Source: an uncultured delta proteobacterium (lineage in GTDB: Bacteria; Desulfobacterota; Syntrophia; Syntrophales; Smithellaceae). Taken from it: 64,000 bases of DNA. This document shows, piece after piece, positions 9,037-18,555 of this stretch (its first letter is position 1; each line of letters starts with the position of its first letter). Position numbers and translations under genes: made by a program. Below the pieces are notes generated by a model. The model was not told where the DNA came from. It was given only the letters and a program-made list of their open reading frames with translations, and made no database searches. The DNA lies in contig CAVWEH010000002.1 in the NCBI GenBank assembly GCA_963753975.1, forward strand, positions 224,001 through 288,000. The letters run 5' to 3'.

Positions 9037-9363
9037 TTATTCAATTAACTTGTAATACTCCTTGATTGTACGAATGGAATCCATCGTAGCTTGGAACAAT
9101 ATCCAACTAAGAACAAGGATTACTACAGTAAGTCCGATCTTCCATGCTCGCGTCGTTTGTGGACGCCACCAAATCAGGGGCAACGCCAGAGGCCCCACTG
9201 AACAGACTGCGATGATAATAAATGATTTTCGGAAATACCATGGAATCTTTTCTTCTGGAAGGCGTGGGGGGGTGGAGGCATCCAAAAACTCACCGCAGTG
9301 TTTACACTTTATAGCGTTGTCTTGAATATCTTCAGCACAAAAGGGACATTTTCTCATTATCAT
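9037..9363 (-). CDS. Small zinc-ribbon membrane protein
   Basis: CPFCAEDI...AIKCKHCGEFL ribbon followed by two hydrophobic segments. Confidence 0.75.
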   Translation of the reverse strand: MIMRKCPFCAEDIQDNAIKCKHCGEFLDASTPPRLPEEKIPWYFRKSFIIIAVCSVGPLALPLIWWRPQTTRAWKIGLTVVILVLSWILFQATMDSIRTIKEYYKLIE

Positions 9364-9403
9364 CTCTCTTGGTAGAACAATGTTTATATGTATTTCATAT
9401 CAT

Positions 9404-9543
9404 GGGTATGACCACTGATTTCGCAGTACACTACTCAGTATCATACCCCTGCTTATGCCGGGGTTCCCTGCCGGGTTTTACCTGCGGCATTTCAGTTTCG
9501 CGAACCACAGGTATTTATGAAATCCTCCGCCTATGGCGGGATT
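9404..9543. repeat. Cluster of GC-rich hairpins, possibly a REP-like or IS200/IS605-end remnant
   Basis: GGGTATGA-cc-ACTGA/TCAGT-a-TCATACCC (9404-9448), CCCC..GGGG and TGCCG..CGGCA stems, and ATCC-T-CCGCC-TAT-GGCGGGAT. Confidence 0.35.
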
Positions 9544-9741
9544 AATTCGACTTACAGATTTCAGCGCACTTCGTTTTTGAAATTTGAGTTTCACAAATAA
9601 AAACCGAAGCATCGCAAATTTACGGTATAACACCCCGAAGAAATACTCTAGATTTTAGTACCTAACCATTCTTTTTATAACATTACCAATGAATTTCTGA
9701 ATAAGCGTTAACATATTTTTTTAGTTGAAACATATTCTAAT

Positions 9742-11106
9742 CTATTCCACACCCAATTTTTCCATACGGTAGCGCAGGGAATCAAAGGTAACGTGCAAAA
9801 GTTCCGCAGCTTTTGTTTTTGAGCCTTTAGTTTTTTGCAAAGCTTTTTCGATCATTCTTTTCTCTATTTTTCCCAGTTCCGCGTTTAAGTCTATTCCCAC
9901 GTCTGTAATACCGACATCAAAATTTTGTACGCCGGAGGAGGTATTGGCTGCTAATACTAAATTTTCCGGCAAGATTATATTGGAACTTTCCATGGCTACG
10001 CCGCGTTCGATGATATTTTCCAATTCACGGATATTTCCAGGAAAGGCATAATCCATCAACAACTCCATCGCATATGAAGAGATTGTTCTTATTTCCTTGC
10101 CGAATTCTTTTGCATATTTCTCAATAAAATGCTTTGTCAGAAGAGGTATATCATCTTTTCTCTCTCTCAGCGGCGGCATGTGAATAGGAATAACATTCAA
10201 CCGAAAATAAAGATCCTCCCGAAATTCTCCCTTTTTAACTTTTTCTTCCAGATTTTGATTGGTAGCGGAAATTATCCGCACATCAACTTTGATATCCTCT
10301 GCGCCGCCAATGCGCCGAAAGGTTTTTTCCTGAACTATGCGTAAGAGTTTTACTTGAAGTACAGGAGGTAACTCACCGATTTCATCCAGAAATATTGTAC
10401 CGGCTTTTGTCATTTCGAAAAGTCCCGGCTTATCCGCGTATGCACCAGTAAAGGAGCCCTTCATATACCCGAAAAGCTCGCTTTCCAGTAAATTTTCCGG
10501 TATTCCGCCGCTGTTAATGGCGTTAAAAGGCATTTTAGAACGCGGAGAGTTTTTATGAATTGCGCGCGCAACCAGTTCTTTACCTGTTCCACTTTCTCCC
10601 AAGATCAAAATATTTGCCGGCGTGTCTGCTACTTTTCTGATTGTCGCAAATATTTTCATCATTTCCCGGCTTGTTCCAATCATTCCGCCAAATGTTGTAT
10701 CTTCAGCTTGCTCTTTTTTTACAGCCAGATTTTCGGTCAATAATCCCTTTTTTACCAAAGCGGCGTGCACGATCTTTTTTAGTTCTTCAATACTGCCTCC
10801 TTTTTCCACATAATCATAAGCGCCTTCCTTCATTGCATTTACTGCCGTTTCTCCTGAAGCATAAGCGGTAATAAGTATTACTATTGTTTCCGGTTTTTTA
10901 TCCTTAATGGTTTTAAGAAGCTCAATGCCGTCAATTTTAGGCATTCGCAAATCAGTAATAACCAGATCAAAGTCTTTTTTGTTACAGAGAATGATCGCTT
11001 TGGAGGGGTCTTCGGCGCAGGTTACATTATAGCCTTCTTTCGTTAACATTATTTCCATAAATTCTCTCATGCCTTGATCATCATCAACAACCAAAATTCT
11101 GGCCAT
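9742..11106 (-). CDS. pilR: Sigma54-dependent response regulator (NtrC family, PilR-like)
   Basis: Receiver domain (VVDDD, TDLRMP), GESGTGKE, GSFTGA, DLYFRLNV and a Fis-type HTH ending SLRYRMEKLG. Paired with a PilS-like kinase. Confidence 0.8.
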   Translation of the reverse strand: MARILVVDDDQGMREFMEIMLTKEGYNVTCAEDPSKAIILCNKKDFDLVITDLRMPKIDGIELLKTIKDKKPETIVILITAYASGETAVNAMKEGAYDYVEKGGSIEELKKIVHAALVKKGLLTENLAVKKEQAEDTTFGGMIGTSREMMKIFATIRKVADTPANILILGESGTGKELVARAIHKNSPRSKMPFNAINSGGIPENLLESELFGYMKGSFTGAYADKPGLFEMTKAGTIFLDEIGELPPVLQVKLLRIVQEKTFRRIGGAEDIKVDVRIISATNQNLEEKVKKGEFREDLYFRLNVIPIHMPPLRERKDDIPLLTKHFIEKYAKEFGKEIRTISSYAMELLMDYAFPGNIRELENIIERGVAMESSNIILPENLVLAANTSSGVQNFDVGITDVGIDLNAELGKIEKRMIEKALQKTKGSKTKAAELLHVTFDSLRYRMEKLGVE

Positions 11107-11125
11107 ACCCTCACCTCAGTTTTAC

Positions 11126-12829
11126 CTATGTATTATATAAATTTGTTTGCTGAATATTTTCATCCTTTGCAGGCAGCCAAACCGTGCAACTTGTACCAAT
11201 ATTTATATTGCTCTCTATCTTTATTTTTCCACTGTAACCTTCAACGAGACGGCCGACTATCGTTAAACCTAAACCGGTTCCCTTATCTTTATTGGTAAAG
11301 AAAGGTTCAAATATTTTTCTCAAATTTGCTTGAGCAATGCCGCAACCGGTATCCTTAATTTTAATTTCAGCGTATTCCTTTTTATCGTCTAATTTTACCA
11401 ATGCAGTTTCGGCAGATAAAACGCCTCCTCTTTCCATTGCCTGAACAGCATTAAGAACAAGATTGTGAATAATTTGTCTAATTTGTCCTCTATTGGCAAA
11501 AATAGCTGCATTATCGGAAAATGCTTTCATAATTTTTATTTTACTCGACCATTCACTGGATAATTTCATGTTTTCGAGAACTTCTTCAGCAACCATGTTT
11601 ATGTCAACCAACTCCCTGGGCAAAGGAATGGGGCGCGCCAAGAGAAGAAAGTCCCGCACAAAGCTATCCAGTTGATTTTTGCCACGTAAAATGATCTGCA
11701 TCAGGCGCTTATCTGTTTCTTCTAAGTTCAACCCCTGCTTCAAAAGCTCAATTGAACCGGTTATCGATGCCAGTGGATTTCTCATTTCGTGCGCCAATCC
11801 CGCGGCCATTTCTCCGATTAAAGCCAATCTTTTACTTTTTTCGAGGTCCTCTTCCATCCGCCTAATTTCTGTGATGTCCTGAAAAATCAGGATATTCCCT
11901 ATTTGTTTTTCGTTTTTGTCCTTCAAGGGAGAAATCGAACAGCCCAGATGAATTTTTACCCCCTTTTCTCCCTTGATAATAGCTTCGATTCGGCTTTTGC
12001 TCTGTATATTAGCCTTCTGCGCTGAAAAAAAAGGCATAAATTCCGGGAAAAATTCCTCAATCTGTCTGTTTTCTATGTCCCGCAGGGGAAATCCGGTAAT
12101 CTCTTCGGCAGCTCGATTAAAAGTTTTTATTCGGCCTTGTAAATCTATCGTCATTACACCAGTGTCAACGGACTCAATTATACTGCGAAACAACAAGTCC
12201 AATTGCGCAAAAGCCGATTCTTTTTCTTGCAACAAATATCTTGTTTTCTTTTCTTGTTCGACAACAAAACTGGCTAAAAAGGCTATAATATAGAATGAGA
12301 CAATATGCACCAAAATGCGAATAAGAACATCTCCCGTGCTGACATTGTAATCATGGTCACCAAAGGAAATGGAGGGCATCCATCCGTAAAATTCGAGGTC
12401 TAAGAGCAGTCCATAAAATATGCAGGAGGCTGAGGCGACAATTAAAGCTCCTCTCCGGCCAAGGAAAATTACCGAATATATTATAACCAGCGTGTAAAGA
12501 AGTGAATAATTACTACGGAAGCTACCGGTGAAATAGACAAGGAGGGTAATAAGTACAATGTCTACGGTTAGCTGCAGGTAAATATTGAAGCGCAAATCTT
12601 TATTATATTTCAAGAGCAAGGCGTAAACAATTGAAATTATATAAGTTAAGGCGATAAGTGAATAAAGCAAATAAATGGTATTTGATGAAACCGGGAATCC
12701 CTGCTTCTTTATATCGATATAAACGGCAATTCCCAGAAACAGAGTAAGGATAATAACTCTGTATATGATTAAAAACCTTAACCGCCTTTTATCTTTTTCA
12801 TCTATGGAGACTTCTTTATACATCGCCAT
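11126..12829 (-). CDS. pilS: Membrane sensor histidine kinase with PAS domain (PilS-like)
   Basis: About 6 N-terminal TM helices, PAS, H-box AHEMRNPLAS, and N/G/F boxes (NAVQA, DTGCGI, FEPFFT, GTGLGL). Confidence 0.8.
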   Translation of the reverse strand: MAMYKEVSIDEKDKRRLRFLIIYRVIILTLFLGIAVYIDIKKQGFPVSSNTIYLLYSLIALTYIISIVYALLLKYNKDLRFNIYLQLTVDIVLITLLVYFTGSFRSNYSLLYTLVIIYSVIFLGRRGALIVASASCIFYGLLLDLEFYGWMPSISFGDHDYNVSTGDVLIRILVHIVSFYIIAFLASFVVEQEKKTRYLLQEKESAFAQLDLLFRSIIESVDTGVMTIDLQGRIKTFNRAAEEITGFPLRDIENRQIEEFFPEFMPFFSAQKANIQSKSRIEAIIKGEKGVKIHLGCSISPLKDKNEKQIGNILIFQDITEIRRMEEDLEKSKRLALIGEMAAGLAHEMRNPLASITGSIELLKQGLNLEETDKRLMQIILRGKNQLDSFVRDFLLLARPIPLPRELVDINMVAEEVLENMKLSSEWSSKIKIMKAFSDNAAIFANRGQIRQIIHNLVLNAVQAMERGGVLSAETALVKLDDKKEYAEIKIKDTGCGIAQANLRKIFEPFFTNKDKGTGLGLTIVGRLVEGYSGKIKIESNINIGTSCTVWLPAKDENIQQTNLYNT

Positions 12830-12939
12830 CTTCTCAATTCTTTTTGGGGGCTACAATTTCAAGATCATGCTATAATATTTTAGTAAATTTGGCTAATGAA
12901 TTTGAATTCTTTTTTTAAAAAAAGAGATACTAAAAAAAT

Positions 12940-15420
12940 ATGCGTGGACCGTTAATTTATCCTTTAATCGCTCTAATTGGCGGCATCATCAGCGGTTACT
13001 ATTTGGCCATCCCCGTATATTTGCTGTTCGGGGGAATCATAGTAATACTTATCTCTCTTTTTCTGACCATCATAAAAAAATGGATTACAGCAAGCTTCCT
13101 TTTAATCATCAGTTTTACGTTCCTGCTAGGTTATTTTGATATCCAAAAGCGTTTCTATTTAACTCAATCGAATGAACATATAAGCCGCTATATCGGTGCA
13201 GGCAAATTAGTTCTCGAAGGCGTTGCCGTCGAGAATCCCTTCGTTCGCCCCGACAAAACGGTTTTATTTGTTCGCTGTCAGCGCATTTTCAACGGTAAAT
13301 CGTATATTCCGGTTACAGGCGATATTCGCCTCGTAATTCCGTCTGCTTTGAACTTTCAGTATGGTGACTATATTCGATTTTATAGTATCCTGAAAAAAAT
13401 AGAAAGCTTTCAAAATCCCGGAGGTTTTAATTATGAACGCTATATGAATCTCCATGGTGTTTATGCCACCGGGTTCGTTGCTAATAATTCACAAATTGTA
13501 CTTGTAAGGAAAAATGCCGCCAGCGGCATCAGATTAAAACTGGAAATATTCAGACTTTATTTAAAACGCTTAATTTATCAAAACGCTTCCACTCCACAAA
13601 GAGAAATCATTGAAGCCATGACTATCGGAAATCAAAACGCGATTCCAACTGAAGTACGAGATAATTTTAACAAGACCGGAACGTCTCATATTCTATCTAT
13701 TTCGGGTCTGCACATCGGAATGGTTGCCGCTACTACCTTTTTCATTATTTCGCTGATTTTAAAGAGTTCTGAATATCTGATGCTGAGATTTAATATTATC
13801 AAGTTAGCCTCGGCAGGAGCTTTTTTAATGATTTTAATTTATGCTCTGATCGCGGGAATGAGTGTTACCGTAGTTCGTTCAGCTCTCATGGCGCTTGTCT
13901 TCTTATGCGCATTGTTTCTGGACAAACAAAAAGACATTTTCAACGTCCTTGCACTTACGGCATTAATTATCTTGGTCGTTTCACCTGAGGCTCTCTTCGA
14001 TATTTCATTTCAGCTTTCCTTTATGTCGGTTCTGGCGATCATTTATATTGTTCCACGTTTTAGCAGTTTCTCTTTTTCGTTGTTGGCAGAATTGCCTCTC
14101 TGGCGGCAAAAAATAATACAGCATATATCTTTATCAATTCTTGTATGTATTGCTGCTACACTGGGCACTATTCCTCTGATAGTTTTCTACTTCAACCGCG
14201 TCTCCTCAATAACCATTATTGCCAATCTCATATCTGTACCACTATTGGGAACAATCGCACTGGTATTTTGCATGGCTTTTATTCTTTGCGCGTTTTTTTC
14301 TCCAATTATCGCCGGTTTCTTTATCAAAATAGCTTCCTTCTTTGTTCAAATCTCTGTCGATGTTATCAATTATCTTGCTTCACTATCGTGGTCGGCTTTT
14401 AGTTTTACCAAGCCCAGTATTGCTGAGATTGTTATTTTTTATCTTTTAATTTTTTTCTCATTGCGCTTTATTGATTCACGCAATATCAACGGGATCAGAA
14501 AAAATTTTCCGGATCGTTATCCGCTATTTTTAAAATTTATTTTAATAACTTTAATTGTCTTTTTTCTTGCTGATGTCGTTTATCTATGGAGCAAGGACAA
14601 ATTTTCCAGCGAGTTACGGGTAACAGCAATAGATGTGGGACAAGGTTCTGCAATTCTAGTGCGCTTTCCGGGAGGCAAAAACATGCTGATTGATGGTGGT
14701 GGTTTTCCCGATAGTTCTTTTGATATGGGCAAGCTTGTTATCGCTCCTTTTCTATATCACGAAAGAATCAGCACTATTGACACGGTGGTTCTTACCCATC
14801 CGCATCCCGACCATATCCAGGGCCTTCTCTACATTACTGAAAATTTTAACGTACGGGATGTGTGGAGTACGGGACAGCTATCGGAAGACGAAATTTTTCA
14901 GCAGTGGCAAAAGATAATTGCGCAGAAAAAAATTAAAATGAATTTTCTGTCGGCACAATCACCCACCGCAAAAATAAATGGTGCACAATTGAATGTTTTA
15001 TGGCCTTTGCAGCCTATTTCCGTAAATGCCAGTGATTTATCTGCTAGCGATGTTAATGATGATTCGCTTGTACTAAAAATAAAATATGGGAATGTGAGTT
15101 TTCTCTTCCCTGCCGATATAACCTCCTCCGTGGAAAGTTCCTTAATTAAATCAAAACGCGATTTACATAGCGATGTTTTATTCGTCCCCCATCATGGTTC
15201 CTTCAGTTCCAGCAGCATCGACTTTATTAAAAAAGTATCATGCCGCTATGCCGTAATTAGTGCCGGGAAAGCGAATGTTTTTCATCATCCCCATCAACGC
15301 ACCTTGGATCGATATAAATCTTTTTCGGTTAACCTTCTCCGTACGGATAAAAACGGTGCGATAACACTAACAACCGATGGTACAACTTTGCAGGTTAATA
15401 CTTTTCTAGAAAGCAGATAA
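12940..15420 (+). CDS. comEC: DNA uptake channel ComEC/Rec2
   Basis: NPGGFNY, HILSISGLH and SFQLSF motifs; metallo-beta-lactamase domain (DVGQG, THPHPDH, PHHGS). Confidence 0.95.
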   Translation: MRGPLIYPLIALIGGIISGYYLAIPVYLLFGGIIVILISLFLTIIKKWITASFLLIISFTFLLGYFDIQKRFYLTQSNEHISRYIGAGKLVLEGVAVENPFVRPDKTVLFVRCQRIFNGKSYIPVTGDIRLVIPSALNFQYGDYIRFYSILKKIESFQNPGGFNYERYMNLHGVYATGFVANNSQIVLVRKNAASGIRLKLEIFRLYLKRLIYQNASTPQREIIEAMTIGNQNAIPTEVRDNFNKTGTSHILSISGLHIGMVAATTFFIISLILKSSEYLMLRFNIIKLASAGAFLMILIYALIAGMSVTVVRSALMALVFLCALFLDKQKDIFNVLALTALIILVVSPEALFDISFQLSFMSVLAIIYIVPRFSSFSFSLLAELPLWRQKIIQHISLSILVCIAATLGTIPLIVFYFNRVSSITIIANLISVPLLGTIALVFCMAFILCAFFSPIIAGFFIKIASFFVQISVDVINYLASLSWSAFSFTKPSIAEIVIFYLLIFFSLRFIDSRNINGIRKNFPDRYPLFLKFILITLIVFFLADVVYLWSKDKFSSELRVTAIDVGQGSAILVRFPGGKNMLIDGGGFPDSSFDMGKLVIAPFLYHERISTIDTVVLTHPHPDHIQGLLYITENFNVRDVWSTGQLSEDEIFQQWQKIIAQKKIKMNFLSAQSPTAKINGAQLNVLWPLQPISVNASDLSASDVNDDSLVLKIKYGNVSFLFPADITSSVESSLIKSKRDLHSDVLFVPHHGSFSSSSIDFIKKVSCRYAVISAGKANVFHHPHQRTLDRYKSFSVNLLRTDKNGAITLTTDGTTLQVNTFLESR

Positions 15421-15501
15421 GTACTCGCCTTTAAAACATTTTTTTTCATTGCGAACACGCATACTGTATGCTATGTAATTCCGTTATTCTGGTCATAATT
15501 T

Positions 15502-16767
15502 ATGGAAAAAATTACTGCAATAAAAGGCATTAAAGATATATTGCCGGAACATGCTCCGGCTTGGAATCATATCGAATCAATCGCTCGTCAGGTATTTGGC
15601 TCTTTCGGCTTCCGCGAAATTCGTGTCCCGATTATGGAAAAAACTGAATTATTTAAAAGAAGTATCGGGGAAACAACGGATATCGTCGAAAAAGAAATGT
15701 ACACTTTTCGTGATCGCGATGATGAACTCTTAACATTGCGCCCTGAAGCTACAGCTTCCGTGATCCGCGCCTATATCGAACATAATATGCACTCTTTTGA
15801 CCAGATTACAAAACTCTATACAATGGGGCCAATGTTCCGGCGGGAAAGACCGCAGAAAGGCCGTTTCCGTCAATTTCACCAGATTGACGTTGAGTTATTC
15901 GGCGATGAGAAGCCTCAATCCGACGCGGAAGTTATTTTCATGCTGATGCATTTTCTGCAATCAACGTCTATTGAAGGTTTATCTCTGGAAATTAATTCTC
16001 TGGGCTGTAAGACTTGCCGGCCGGGTTTTTCGCAAGCTATCGTCAATTATTTAAAAGGATCGGAAAAAGCTCTTTGTCCCGATTGTCAAAGACGTATGAA
16101 TACCAATCCTTTGCGGGTATTTGACTGTAAGGTAGAAACCTGTAATTCAGTCATTGCCAATGCCCCTCAGATTCTTGACTATTTGTGCCATGGCTGCAAG
16201 GAACATTTTATTCAGGTAAAATCATATTTGACTGATTTGAATATTGCATTACGGCATTAATCCGAAAATGGTGCGCGGTTTGGATTATTATACCAGAACG
16301 GCTTTTGAAGTTAAATCAGGTTTGCTCGGAGCGCAAAATGCTCTGGCTGGCGGCGGCAGATATGACGGTCTGGTTCAGTTCCTTAGGCGGACCGGAAGTT
16401 GCCGGTATTGGATTTGCTATAGGTGTTGAACGTCTTCTTGTCTGCCTGTCTGATAATAAAAAAAATGTTTTCCAGACCGATTTATTTATTGCCGCCCTCG
16501 GCGAGCGTGCGCAAAAGATGGCCTTTCGGCTGACTTAACGAATTGCGCCGGGCCGGTATTTCCACGGAAATGGATTACAGCGACAAAAGCTTGAAAAGTC
16601 AGATGAAACGCGCCGATAAATTAAATGCTTTTTTCACACTGATTATCGGCGATAAAGAAATTGATGAAAAGTGCGTCGAGTTAAGAAATATGAACACTAA
16701 GAACCAGCAAGTTTTGCCGATGAACAACTTGCCGGAGGCAATAATTAAAATCATTAAGGAAAGGTAA
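15502..16767 (+). CDS. hisS: Histidine--tRNA ligase, split by three +1 frameshifts (~16249, ~16375, ~16536; probable sequencing errors)
   Basis: [37 protein letters not shown] and GFAIGVERL motifs. Removing 3 nt gives about 420 aa. Confidence 0.93.
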
Positions 16768-16773
16768 AATCTT

Positions 16774-18546
16774 TTGGCCAATTTTTTAACTACAGATAAA
16801 AGAACGCATTATTGCGGTGATTTGAACATTTCCCATGCGGCAAAGAAGTAATTTTAATGGGCTGGGCGCATCGCCGGAGGGATCACGGCGGTGTTATTTT
16901 TGTCGATTTGCGTGATCGCGAAGGAATGGTTCAGATCGTTTTCAATCCCGATTCCGGTGAGGCTGTTCATGGAGAAGCGCATAAAATCCGCAATGAATTT
17001 GTCCTGGCGGTAAAAGGAAGTGTACACAAAAGGCCGCAAGGCATGGAAAATCCCGCCCTGAAAACAGGTGAAATCGAAGTCATCGTCTCGGAATTGGAAA
17101 TAATGAATGAATCCAAAACACCGCCATTTTCTTTTGACGAGGAAGATATATCGGAAAACGTACGTCTTAAATACCGCTATCTGGATTTACGCCGTCCGGC
17201 GCTCCAGAAAAATTTGTTTTTGCGCAGCAAGCTGGCCGCCGCTACGCGCAATTACTTCGATAAAAACGGTTTTATCGAAGTGGAAACGCCATTTCTCACA
17301 AAAAGCACTCCGGAAGGCGCTCGCGATTACCTCGTTCCCAGTCGAATCTACAAAGGGATGTTTTATGCCCTGCCGCAATCGCCACAGATTTTTAAGCAAT
17401 TACTGATGGTTTCCGGCTTTGACCGTTATTATCAAATTGTGAAATGTTTCCGTGATGAAGATTTACGCGCCGACCGCCAACCGGAATTCACGCAAATCGA
17501 TGTCGAAATGTCCTTCATCACCGAAGAAGATATTATTAAAATTATGGAAGGATTGATGGCACAAATATTTAAGGTATGTCTGGACCATGAGCTCAAACTC
17601 CCCTTCCCCCGCCTTACCTATCACGACGCCGTCAGCCGCTATGGTAAAGACAACCCAGATACTGCGTTTCGGTATGGAACTGGTGAATATTACGCCGATA
17701 GTAAGTAATTCCGGCTTTAAGCTTTTCCAGGAAGTCGTCGCTGCGGGTGGAATTGTCAAAACGATAAAAGTGGAACAAGCTTCCGCCCTCTCACGCAAAG
17801 ACCTCGACGAGTTGAAGGATTATGTCGCCGTTTACGGCGCTAAGGGGCTCGCATGGGCGAGAATTAACGCTACCGACTGGACTTCCCCCGTTTACAAATT
17901 TTTACGGCCGGAAGAAATCGAGAAAATAAATAAAGCAATGAGCGCAAAAGAAAGTGATATTATTTTTTTTGTTGCCGATGTTCCCCGCGTGGTCAACGAT
18001 TCTCTCGGCAATTTGCGTCTGCACTTAGCGAAGAAGCTGAATTTATTTAAACCGGATGATTTAGCCTTCAGTTGGATTACCGAATTTCCGCTGATGGAAT
18101 ATTCCGATTCCGAAAAACGTTATGTCTCCATGCATCATCCTTTCACATCGCCTGTTCTGGCAGATGTTTCGTTACTGAATTCTCAGCCGGGTAAAGTTCG
18201 CGCCCGCGCTTACGACCTTGTGTTGAATGGTTCGGAAATAGGAGGCGGCAGTATTCGGATCCACAGAAGGGATTTACAGGCTCAAGTGTTCAAAGCTTTA
18301 GGTTTGAGCGATGACGAAGCCCGCGGTAAATTTGGTTTTCTTCTGGATGCTTTGGAATACGGCGCTCCGCCGCACGGAGGAATTGCCTTCGGCCTGGATA
18401 GACTCACTATGATTATGACTCACGCGGAATCAATCCGCGATGTTATTGCTTTTCCGAAGACACAAAAGGCGGCAGATCTCATGTCCGATGCTCCTTCTAA
18501 AGTCAGCATCGAACAACTGATGGAACTTTCCTTAAAAATTGTATAA
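16774..18546 (+). CDS. aspS: Aspartate--tRNA ligase, probably non-discriminating (Asp/Asn); frameshifts at ~16838 and ~17661
   Basis: TTG start then [37 protein letters not shown] and [14 protein letters not shown] motifs. About 590 aa when repaired. Confidence 0.93.
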
Positions 18547-18555
18547 GCTAAACCT

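Noticed and set aside
9364..9741. Sigma54 promoter or pilin gene downstream of pilR
   Set aside because: No TGGCAC-N5-TTGC match or prepilin motif found by eye.
15502..18546. Programmed frameshifting or pseudogenisation of hisS and aspS
   Set aside because: No shared slippery motif, the genes are essential, and similar indels are scattered through unrelated genes.
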